From Syntrophaceae bacterium (GTDB lineage: Bacteria; Desulfobacterota; BSN033; UBA1163): a DNA stretch of 64,000 nucleotides. The translations under genes and the position numbers were made by a program. Location of the stretch: contig JACAEX010000080.1 of the NCBI GenBank assembly GCA_013388635.1, positions 5,803-69,802 of the forward strand, in the 5' to 3' direction. The stretch's first letter is position 1. Each line of letters opens with the position of its first letter. Under the pieces are notes generated by a model. The model was not told where the DNA came from. It searched no databases and saw only the letters and a program-made list of their open reading frames with translations. This document shows, piece after piece, positions 16,157 through 23,872 of this stretch.

Positions 16157-17173
16157 TCACCCTCGCCCTCTCCCGTTGGGGGAGAGGGCAGATGTTGTTC
16201 GGCGTGAGCGTAACCGTTCCAGTACTTCGTTCATATCTTGAGGGATCGGAGAAATGAATCGGACCCTTTCCCCTGTTCGGGGATGATCGAACCCCAGTCG
16301 ATGGGCATGAAGGGCCTGGCGATTCATCCTCGCCACACATTCCTTCAAGAAAGGATCATGGATACTCCCCGGTCTTCCCTTCCTTCCATAAACAGGGTCT
16401 CCTAATAGGGGATGGCCCGTCGAGGAGAAATGGACCCGGATCTGGTGGGTCCGACCTGTCTCGGGGAAGACCTCGAGGAGGGTGAAACCATAAAACCTTT
16501 CGATCACCTTCCATCGGGTGATGGCCATCCTTCCCTTTTTGGTGCGAGTGGACATTCGTTTTCTTTCACTCGGATGTCTTCCAATAGGAGAATCGATCAG
16601 GCCTTCATCCTTGCTGAATTGACCATAGGCGATGGCCAGATAGACCTTTTCCACTGTGCGGTTTTTGAATTGCTTGGTCAATTGATGATAGGCCTGATCA
16701 TCTTTGGCAACGACCATCACGCCCGACGTATCCTTATCCAAACGATGGACGATCCCAGGCCGCAAGGTTCCATTAATCCCGCCAAGGTCTTTACAATGAT
16801 GGAGAAGTGCGTTGACCAGCGTGCCGGAAGGGTTTCCAGCGGCTGGATGAACGACCATTCCTGGAGGCTTATCGACGACAATGATCGAAGGGTCCTCATA
16901 GAGGATGTTGAGGGGAAACGGCTCGGGTTTAACGTCGAGCGGCCTGGGCTGAGGAATAATTCCCGATACCCGATCGCCCGGTTTCACCCGCACACCGGGT
17001 TTCGTCGGCCTCTGGTTCAGCAGGATGCTTCCCGCATCGATCAGTTTCTTGATCTGAGAGCGGGAGAGATTGAGATCGGCTTCAGAGAGGAATTGATCGA
17101 GGCGTCTTCCCTCGTCCCGTTTTGTTATGGTGATGGAGAAATGTTTTCCTATCTCAAATCTATTCTCATACAT
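16157..17173 (-). CDS. rluD: 23S rRNA pseudouridine synthase RluD (RluA family)
   Basis: Start at internal ATG 17173 (MYENRFEIGKH...). S4 domain followed by the HRLDKDTSG catalytic motif. Confidence 0.85.
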   Translation of the reverse strand: MYENRFEIGKHFSITITKRDEGRRLDQFLSEADLNLSRSQIKKLIDAGSILLNQRPTKPGVRVKPGDRVSGIIPQPRPLDVKPEPFPLNILYEDPSIIVVDKPPGMVVHPAAGNPSGTLVNALLHHCKDLGGINGTLRPGIVHRLDKDTSGVMVVAKDDQAYHQLTKQFKNRTVEKVYLAIAYGQFSKDEGLIDSPIGRHPSERKRMSTRTKKGRMAITRWKVIERFYGFTLLEVFPETGRTHQIRVHFSSTGHPLLGDPVYGRKGRPGSIHDPFLKECVARMNRQALHAHRLGFDHPRTGERVRFISPIPQDMNEVLERLRSRRTTSALSPNGRGRG

Positions 17174-17231
17174 TGCATGTGGATTGATCGTGCATCTTTC
17201 AAGGATCGTAGAACATAATCTTTTTGGTTCG

Positions 17232-18680
17232 CTATGCACGATGCGCTTTGCTCTCTGCGGTTTTTGCAAGGGCCTTTTCAATTCCGGCGGCTAAGAGAGG
17301 AATCTCTTCATCCGAAATCGTTCTCATGTCCAGGATCAGTCCGTCCTTGCTGATTCGGGAGATGATCGGAGGCTCGGCTTTCCTCAAACCTTCTTCGAGA
17401 CCGTTCACGGACAGATCAACGGGCTTGAGGCGAACGACGACCGTTGGAAGTTCCTGAAGGGGGAGAGCTCCTCCACCGACCTGAGAGATATCCTCCTTGA
17501 GGACCGGGGTTGTCTTCTGCTTAATCCTTTCTGACAGGCTTCTTAGGAGACGCCTTGCCCTCCTCTTCAGTACAGCCCGATCGATTTTCAACATTCGAAG
17601 GGTCGGGATTTCTTCCATCGCCATCTTTTCATCGAGGTAGAGGAGGAGTGTGGATTCGAGCGCAGCTAAGGTCAGCTTGTCGATGCGAAGGGCTCGGGTC
17701 AGGGGATTGATTTTGACGAGGTCTAAGATGGCCTTCTTCCCCAAGATGATTCCGGCCTGGGGACCGCCCAGAAGTTTATCGCCGCTAAAAGTGACCAGGT
17801 CCACACCGGTCTGGATCGCCTCCGGGACAGTGGGTTCTCTTTCCAATCCATATTGACTGAGGTCAAGAAAGCAACCGCTTCCCAAGTCGTGCATCACAGG
17901 GAGGTGATTCTCTTTTCCCAGTTGAACGAGATCTTGGAGAGGGGTATCGGCGGTGAAGCCCATCACCCTGAAGTTGCTGGTATGGACCTTCAGGAGCAAG
18001 GCCGTCTGGGGGCCGATCGCCCTCTGATAGTCGCCGATATAGGTTCGATTCGTCGTCCCGACCTCTCTGAGAAAAGCTCCACTCCGTTTCATCACGTCAG
18101 GGATCCGAAACGCCCCTCCGATCTCGACCAGCTCCCCTCTCGAGACGATCACCTCTTTTCCTTCTGCGATCGTATTGAGGGCCAGCAAGACCGCGCCGGC
18201 GTTGTTGTTCACCACCATGGCCGACTCCGCACCTGAGAGACGGCAGAGGATCCCTTCCACATGGGTATAGCGGCTTCCCCGATCGCCCCGATCGAGGTCG
18301 TATTCCAGATTGGAGTAACCTCTGGCGATCTCTATCATGTGCTGAAGCGCAGAAGGGGCCAGGGGTGATCTTCCGAGATTGGTGTGGATCACCACTCCGG
18401 TCGCATTGATGACGCGACAGAGCCGGGGCTGGATCTGAACGGTGACCTCCCTCTGGAAAAGGGGATAAAGATTCTCGAAGGAGAATATCCCATCGTCAAG
18501 ATCGGAGAGGTCTTCCGTTTTCAGGATCTCTGAACGGAGCCTTTCCAGTCCCTTTCGAACGGCCTCCACCACGACGGCTCGAGGATGGACCTTCAAAAGG
18601 TCAGCCATCTCTGGCCTTGAGAGGATTTCATCGACCTTCGGTATCTTACGAAGGACCTGTTGACGAAGGGAGGGAGACAT
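17232..18680 (-). CDS. selA: L-seryl-tRNA(Sec) selenium transferase
   Basis: 482 aa. SelA motifs are present (INATGVVIHTNLGRS; FSGDKLLGGPQAGII with the PLP lysine). The N-terminus SLRQQVLRKIPKVDEIL resembles E. coli SelA SLYSQLPAIDRLL. Its 5' end overlaps the 3' end of the upstream radical-SAM ORF by about 35 nt. Confidence 0.9.
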   Translation of the reverse strand: MSPSLRQQVLRKIPKVDEILSRPEMADLLKVHPRAVVVEAVRKGLERLRSEILKTEDLSDLDDGIFSFENLYPLFQREVTVQIQPRLCRVINATGVVIHTNLGRSPLAPSALQHMIEIARGYSNLEYDLDRGDRGSRYTHVEGILCRLSGAESAMVVNNNAGAVLLALNTIAEGKEVIVSRGELVEIGGAFRIPDVMKRSGAFLREVGTTNRTYIGDYQRAIGPQTALLLKVHTSNFRVMGFTADTPLQDLVQLGKENHLPVMHDLGSGCFLDLSQYGLEREPTVPEAIQTGVDLVTFSGDKLLGGPQAGIILGKKAILDLVKINPLTRALRIDKLTLAALESTLLLYLDEKMAMEEIPTLRMLKIDRAVLKRRARRLLRSLSERIKQKTTPVLKEDISQVGGGALPLQELPTVVVRLKPVDLSVNGLEEGLRKAEPPIISRISKDGLILDMRTISDEEIPLLAAGIEKALAKTAESKAHRA

Positions 18681-20412
18681 TCGGTTTCCTCCTCATCAGG
18701 AGCGTCTTCACAATCTTGATGAAGTTCATCCGGATGAATCGGGTGGGCCACTCCAGTTCCTTCTTCTCGCAGACCGTTGACATGCTGTAGGCGTGAAGGG
18801 AGAGATCCCCGGGCAAAATCGAATCCAGGGCCCTCTCCCTTTCCTTCGGGTCAGAAAGGGCCATGATCTCGTCGATCTGTTTCATCACCCGGACAGCAGC
18901 CTCGATCCGCCTCTCGACCGATTCAGCCGTCTTTCGGTCGATCAGGCCAAATTCGGCCTTCAGACGATTGAGCCTCTTCCCCGCTTCATAGGTGCTATAG
19001 ACGATTTCATCACGGCTCATCCATCGGGTTTCGTAGTTGAGGATGTATTTCCAGCTGGGGGCCATTAAGGCCTGACGGTGCTCTTCAACGGTCCTGCAGA
19101 AAAGCCGGTATCCATATCTCTCCGGTTCTTCGAAGGCAGCGCTTCCAGGGTCTAAGAAAGGGGCGAGGGGAGAGATGAAGGGAATGAGTTTCGGATAGGG
19201 CTGGAATCGCTTTAAGAGGTATTGGCAGTAATCAACCGTCTCCAGCACCGAGTGATAGGTCTGCCCTGGAAGACCGGTCATGAAGAAGAGATCGATCCGT
19301 TTGGAACCGAGGTCAATGGCATCGCCGATCATCCTCTCCAGAGATTTGTTGTCATAAGGCCTTCCGAAGGTCTTTCGAACCTCTTCGTCGTGCGATTCCG
19401 GAGAGATCTCGATATTGAAATTCGGAATGGCCTCGGCAATCCTTTCGAGTCGATCCCTTGAGGGAGGGACAAAGAATTCGAAGGCGATGTGATTGGTGAT
19501 CCGCCTCTTTTTCATCTCCTGAAGAAAGGTGAGGCCATAGGCCTCACCGGGCTGGAAGATATCGCCGATGATCATCACCGGCGCGAGGAGGTGGTCTGCG
19601 ATATGGAAGATATCCTGGGCCAGAAGCCTTGGGTCTCGGTAGGCGGGTCTCCTCCGGTTAGCCATGGACCGAAACGTCTGGGACGAGCCGCCGCACGTTT
19701 TGCAGTGATAGCTACATCCGCGGCAGGTGAAGACCGCCGTAACCGGATAGGTGTACCAGTCGATAAAAGGCTGGTAACCCACGGGATCGGCATACCTGAC
19801 CACCTTCTTCATGATGTGGCGGTAGTCGATCGCCATGTCGTCGAGGTTCTCCGGCACGTAGGAGAGGGGATTGACCCGAATCCCATTTCCTCCGTCGCGG
19901 TAGGTGAGATTGGGAATATTTTGGAAATCTCCCTTTCCCTTGATCGCCCGGAGGAGCTGGAGAAGAGGCTTCTCCGTGGAATCTCCTTTGACCACAAAAT
20001 CGACGAAAGGATATTGGCGGAGGATCTCCTCGTGATAGTAGGTGGCGGAGAGACCGCCTAAAATGACCGGTGTTTCAGGGTGAAATCTCTTGATGATCTC
20101 CGCCAGAGCCAGCGCGCCCTGGACATGGGCCATCCAGTGAAGATCGAGACCGAAGGCCACGGGCTTACTCTTTTGGATGAGCCGTTCCACATCGAACCTT
20201 CTATCCTTCAGCATCTTCAAAGCGATATTGATAATCCTCACCCGGAGGCCGTGGCGTTCCAGGTATTCTGAGAGGCTGGCAAATCCAATCGGGTACATCT
20301 CAAAGATAGGGGTTGACGGAACGACATCACTGATCGGGCCATGGATCCCGGGTCTTTTCCTGAAATCGTAAAGGGTAGGGGGGTGGAGAAGGATCAGGTC
20401 AATGGTGGCCAT
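18646..20412 (-). CDS. B12-binding-domain radical SAM protein (class B; BchE/HpnJ-like)
   Basis: 588 aa. N-terminal cobalamin-binding Rossmann-like domain (DLILLHPP...YPIGFASLSEYL...VILGG). Radical-SAM CxxxCxxC motif (CSYHCKTC). Confidence 0.8.
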   Translation of the reverse strand: MATIDLILLHPPTLYDFRKRPGIHGPISDVVPSTPIFEMYPIGFASLSEYLERHGLRVRIINIALKMLKDRRFDVERLIQKSKPVAFGLDLHWMAHVQGALALAEIIKRFHPETPVILGGLSATYYHEEILRQYPFVDFVVKGDSTEKPLLQLLRAIKGKGDFQNIPNLTYRDGGNGIRVNPLSYVPENLDDMAIDYRHIMKKVVRYADPVGYQPFIDWYTYPVTAVFTCRGCSYHCKTCGGSSQTFRSMANRRRPAYRDPRLLAQDIFHIADHLLAPVMIIGDIFQPGEAYGLTFLQEMKKRRITNHIAFEFFVPPSRDRLERIAEAIPNFNIEISPESHDEEVRKTFGRPYDNKSLERMIGDAIDLGSKRIDLFFMTGLPGQTYHSVLETVDYCQYLLKRFQPYPKLIPFISPLAPFLDPGSAAFEEPERYGYRLFCRTVEEHRQALMAPSWKYILNYETRWMSRDEIVYSTYEAGKRLNRLKAEFGLIDRKTAESVERRIEAAVRVMKQIDEIMALSDPKERERALDSILPGDLSLHAYSMSTVCEKKELEWPTRFIRMNFIKIVKTLLMRRKPNVSLPSSTGPS

Positions 20413-20417
20413 GTCAA

Positions 20418-21563
20418 TTATCTCGCGGACTGGGCTTTCTTCGGTTCTGGAAATTTTGATAGATAGAGATCGACCATCTTTCGGATGCGAGGGTCATCTT
20501 TCGTACTTTCGCCGAGCAGGAAGATCGCATTGGTAAATTCGTTCTTTCCCTGGAGTTGTCTGAGGTTTCGCTCAACCTCCTCTTTTGCCTTTTGCCATTG
20601 GGCCTTTTCGGCCTCTGTTGCCCCTTTTTCCATCAATCGATAGTGGAGGCTCCTCAGGCCCTGTTCCATGGTCTGCTTGGCCGCGGTGTTGTAAAAGAAG
20701 GGTTCTCGATTATGAAAGGTAAGATCGATTCTTCCCGCATACATTCCCTTCGGGGCGGTCTGGAGGACGATCGTTCTGTTATAAGCGACACGGGGATAGG
20801 GAAGGTTGATCCCTGTATGACTGCCTATGATGAGGTGAATTCCAGAAAGGGTGTTTGCCAACTCCAGATCCTTGGGATAGCCCAGGTGGCTCAAGAGGAT
20901 GACGAGATCGGTTTTGGGTTGAAGTTCTTTGATCATGTTCTGGGCCGTTTCAACAGGAGATTTGAGGATCAGGCCTTTTTTTCTAAGATCTCCTTCGCCC
21001 AGGAAAAGATCAGGGGAGAGAAGGCCAAAGATACCTATTCGCAGACCGTCGATCTCTTTTAAGAGATAGGGCTGAAAAAGAGGTTTTCCTGATGACTCAT
21101 CAAAGAGGTTGGCAGAGAGGAGAGGGAAATTGGCCTTCTTCGCAATCTCTAAGAGGAAGTCCTTCCCGAGGGTGAGATCGTCATCGCCAACCCCCAGGGC
21201 GTCATAACCCATCAGATTGAAACTCTCGATGATCAGGTGAGCCCTTTCAGCGACCATCTTCAGCTCATCTTCCTGAACGGGCTTAGAAAACTTCTTAAAT
21301 AGAAGATCGCCTGCATCTAAGACCAGCACTCGTTTTTCAGCCTCCCTCGTTTCCCTCACCCATGTTGCCCTTCTGGCCAGACCGCCAAAACGATTCCTCG
21401 GGTCTCAGCCAGGACAGGGCTCGATCTCCCCATTGATATTATTGCTGTAAAGGATCGTAAGGTTCTTGACCGGGTTTTGGGCATGACAAGGGATGCTCGG
21501 ATTTGCCCAGAGAAACCCCAAGATCGAAAGGAGGATAAATAGCAGTTTTGCAGGCCCCATCAT
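20418..21563 (-). CDS. candidate selenoprotein: secreted 5'-nucleotidase-like metallophosphoesterase-domain protein with in-frame TGA (CPGU motif)
   Basis: The minus-strand frame runs from ATGATG at 21563 (GAGGGG RBS) through 52 codons (MMGPAKLLFILLSILGFLWANPSIPCHAQNPVKNLTILYSNNINGEIEPCPG). It then hits TGA at 21405-21407 and continues in frame (DPRNRFGGLARRATWV) into tracked ORF 20418..21359, whose annotated start is GTG. Homology to the UshA-type N-domain is continuous across the TGA. If the TGA is a true stop, the gene is split or a pseudogene. Confidence 0.5.
21405..21407 (-). other. in-frame TGA (putative Sec codon) in metallophosphoesterase-like gene
   Basis: Codon 53 of the 20418..21563 reading frame. 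Local context is C-P-G-TGA, a CxxU-like motif. Confidence 0.45.
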
Positions 21564-21879
21564 TTACCCCTCAATTCAATCAAATTCATATATACCCCAT
21601 CCCTCCCTTAGAGTCAAATAGGGACAGCGCCCATTAAACATAATTTTTTGCTTCGATAGATGAGACAAGATTGGCGTTGAAACCTTTTGGGGAATCCCGG
21701 CTTTCTCAGGATTTCAGCAATCCAGAACGTTGGCTGCTCAGTGCGGGCAAGGATCTTCTTCCGCATGAATTGTGAGGATCGCTCGATTTAGGGTGGAAAT
21801 AGGATTTTATCCACCTACACAGAGGACCACGAGGTTTGCGGTGTGGGGATTCGATACTCGTATATCCTTTTCTGATCAA

Positions 21880-22722
21880 TTATGAAGTCCAGGGGTTTGG
21901 GACGGGCCGATTATACCCTTTCTGAGAGGCTAAGATGTCGAGATGGAGAGTAGCCACATCCTCTAAGATTGGTTCACATTCTTCGATCTTTCTCAGGTCG
22001 ATGGTCTTGATATATTGATGGCATTTTTCGCAAAGGTCGATGCGATAGGCTTCCTCCCCCTCGGCATAGAAGTATTGCAGGGAGCCCCGTTCTTTGTTTC
22101 CGCAGAAAGGACATGACAGTCTATCGATTCGCCACTCAAATCCGCAATAGGAGCAGAGGAGGTAACGTTTTCCTCCCTCGCCTTTCAAGAGAGCAAAGGA
22201 GGGTAGGGAACCACAGATCGGGCAGTGGCCTTTGAGCCAGGTTTCAGCATCCACTTCTTGACCGAGCCTTTTCACCCCTTCCTCAAGAGAGGGCTTCAAG
22301 CTTTCATGAAGAAGGAAGAGAAAGACCTTCCGATCCATTTCGAATTGATCAGCCACCTTTTCTCCTTCTATCTCTCCGGTGAACACCTTCTTCAGATCGA
22401 ATCTTTTTTGGCTGATAACCTCCCGGATCTTTTCCACCTGCTCAGCCATATGAGGGGTTGCCTCTTTTGCAATGTTGCAGAGCGAGTGAAATAAAAGAGA
22501 GGAGGCCTCAAGGTCCACCGGGAAATCCTTTCTTTCGAGCATTGAAAAGCCTTCCCTGGCCAACAGCTCCTTCCACTCCTTTTTGAGATGAACGGGTTCG
22601 ACTTTCAAGGAATCTTTGATCTTCTCCTGCTCTTCCCTGACTTGCTGGTAGAAGTTCAGGATCTCTGTGTAGCCGGGTCGCTTCTTTTTGAGATGCTGAA
22701 TCCTTTTTCTTAGCTTTTCCAA
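21880..22722 (-). CDS. fdhE: formate dehydrogenase accessory protein FdhE
   Basis: 280 aa with four CxxC pairs (CPICG...CSYCG...CPFCG...CEKCH), the characteristic FdhE arrangement. Confidence 0.8.
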   Translation of the reverse strand: MEKLRKRIQHLKKKRPGYTEILNFYQQVREEQEKIKDSLKVEPVHLKKEWKELLAREGFSMLERKDFPVDLEASSLLFHSLCNIAKEATPHMAEQVEKIREVISQKRFDLKKVFTGEIEGEKVADQFEMDRKVFLFLLHESLKPSLEEGVKRLGQEVDAETWLKGHCPICGSLPSFALLKGEGGKRYLLCSYCGFEWRIDRLSCPFCGNKERGSLQYFYAEGEEAYRIDLCEKCHQYIKTIDLRKIEECEPILEDVATLHLDILASQKGYNRPVPNPWTS

Positions 22723-23121
22723 AGAAACTCTCCTAACCTCCCTCTATTCCGCTCTTGACTTAAGGGGGGATGAAGGGGGGTCATGAAAGAAACGGGCTTG
22801 TTTCGGAACTTCCATACCCAAAACAAGCCCTTCCGTTTCCCCGTCCCCCATCGGAGACTGTGTTATAACTTGCCAGAAACCGTTTCCGTTGCCACACAGA
22901 AGAGGCGGTCAGGTGACGAAGCCTTAAGGCGGAAACCTCTTATTCGATCAGCTTCTGAGTCCCAAGCCGAAGAAAGAAATCGCATTTCCCACAAGGCCGA
23001 TGACCCATAACTTTAAATGACCGCATCCTAAGGCTGAGGATGCCTGACTGCCTCTCCCACCTGGACCAGCTCCCTATCACGATTCCGACAAAGTCTCTCG
23101 ATAGGGAGGAAGAGTAAGGGA

Positions 23122-23856
23122 TTACCCGATCGTCATGCTTCTCAGGGGTTGAAAGATACGTCTAAGGGCCATCTTCCTTGTGATCCCGATCGTATTGTCC
23201 GCCACAGCTCTCTTATGATACTTCTTGGGATCGTCCACGAGGAGGTAAATCACCCTCACGTCATCCGGATTGGCCAGCATGGCTTCCTGATAAAGACCTT
23301 TGACTTCTTCGAGCCTCTTGTTTGCCCTCTCCAGGATCTCCCTCCGATCACCGAAACTCATCGCTCCGGTGGGACAGGTCTTGACGCAGGCAGGCAGCAT
23401 TCCCTCCTTGACCCTGTCGAAACACATTGTGCATTTCGCCATGGTTCCAGAAGCGGGATGGAACCTTGGGATGTCGTAGGGACAGGCCTCTCGGATCTCT
23501 TTAAACTCGTCGGCCTTTATCTTCACCTTCGGGTTGAAAACCACTGCCCCGGTCTTTTCGTCCTGGATGATGGCGCCCTTTGCCTTCCCGTCTGCCACCT
23601 CTTTGCAGGGAGGGGTGAGACAGTGGCGACATTGATCCGGGAAGAAATACCATTTCGGTTCCCCTCCGGGTATTGCCACCTCATTGAATCTTACCAACTT
23701 AAACGTGTAAACGGAAAGATCAGCTGGATTTTGATGATTTCCTCGCTGAAGGGTTTTCGTCCCAGGATTCTTATTCCACTGCTTGCAGGCGATCTGGCAG
23801 CCTCGGCAGGCAGTACATTTCGTCGTGTCGATAAAGAAAGATTTTCCTTCTGTCAT
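23122..23856 (-). CDS. fdhB: formate dehydrogenase iron-sulfur (beta) subunit, FdnH/HybA-like 4x[4Fe-4S]
   Basis: Multiple CxxCxxCxxxCP motifs (CTACRGCQIACK; CRHCLTPPCKEV; CPYD; CTMC...CVKTCP). A GAGGAGGTGAG RBS lies 6-8 nt upstream. It sits immediately downstream of fdhA. Confidence 0.85.
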   Translation of the reverse strand: MTEGKSFFIDTTKCTACRGCQIACKQWNKNPGTKTLQRGNHQNPADLSVYTFKLVRFNEVAIPGGEPKWYFFPDQCRHCLTPPCKEVADGKAKGAIIQDEKTGAVVFNPKVKIKADEFKEIREACPYDIPRFHPASGTMAKCTMCFDRVKEGMLPACVKTCPTGAMSFGDRREILERANKRLEEVKGLYQEAMLANPDDVRVIYLLVDDPKKYHKRAVADNTIGITRKMALRRIFQPLRSMTIG

Positions 23857-23872
23857 TTATCTCACCTCCTCC

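Noticed and set aside
16128-16340. 72-aa N-terminal extension of the pgeF ORF in the track
   Set aside because: - The extension overlaps rluD.
- PgeF homology starts at the internal Met (MNIIDRSSL).
16412-17218. 268-aa plus-strand ORF
   Set aside because: - It is antisense to rluD.
21793-21860. Possible tRNA-like or tRNA-fragment sequence (GGGGATTCGATACTC) in the fdhE-downstream spacer
   Set aside because: - No acceptor stem and no T-stem complementarity. It does not fold as a tRNA.
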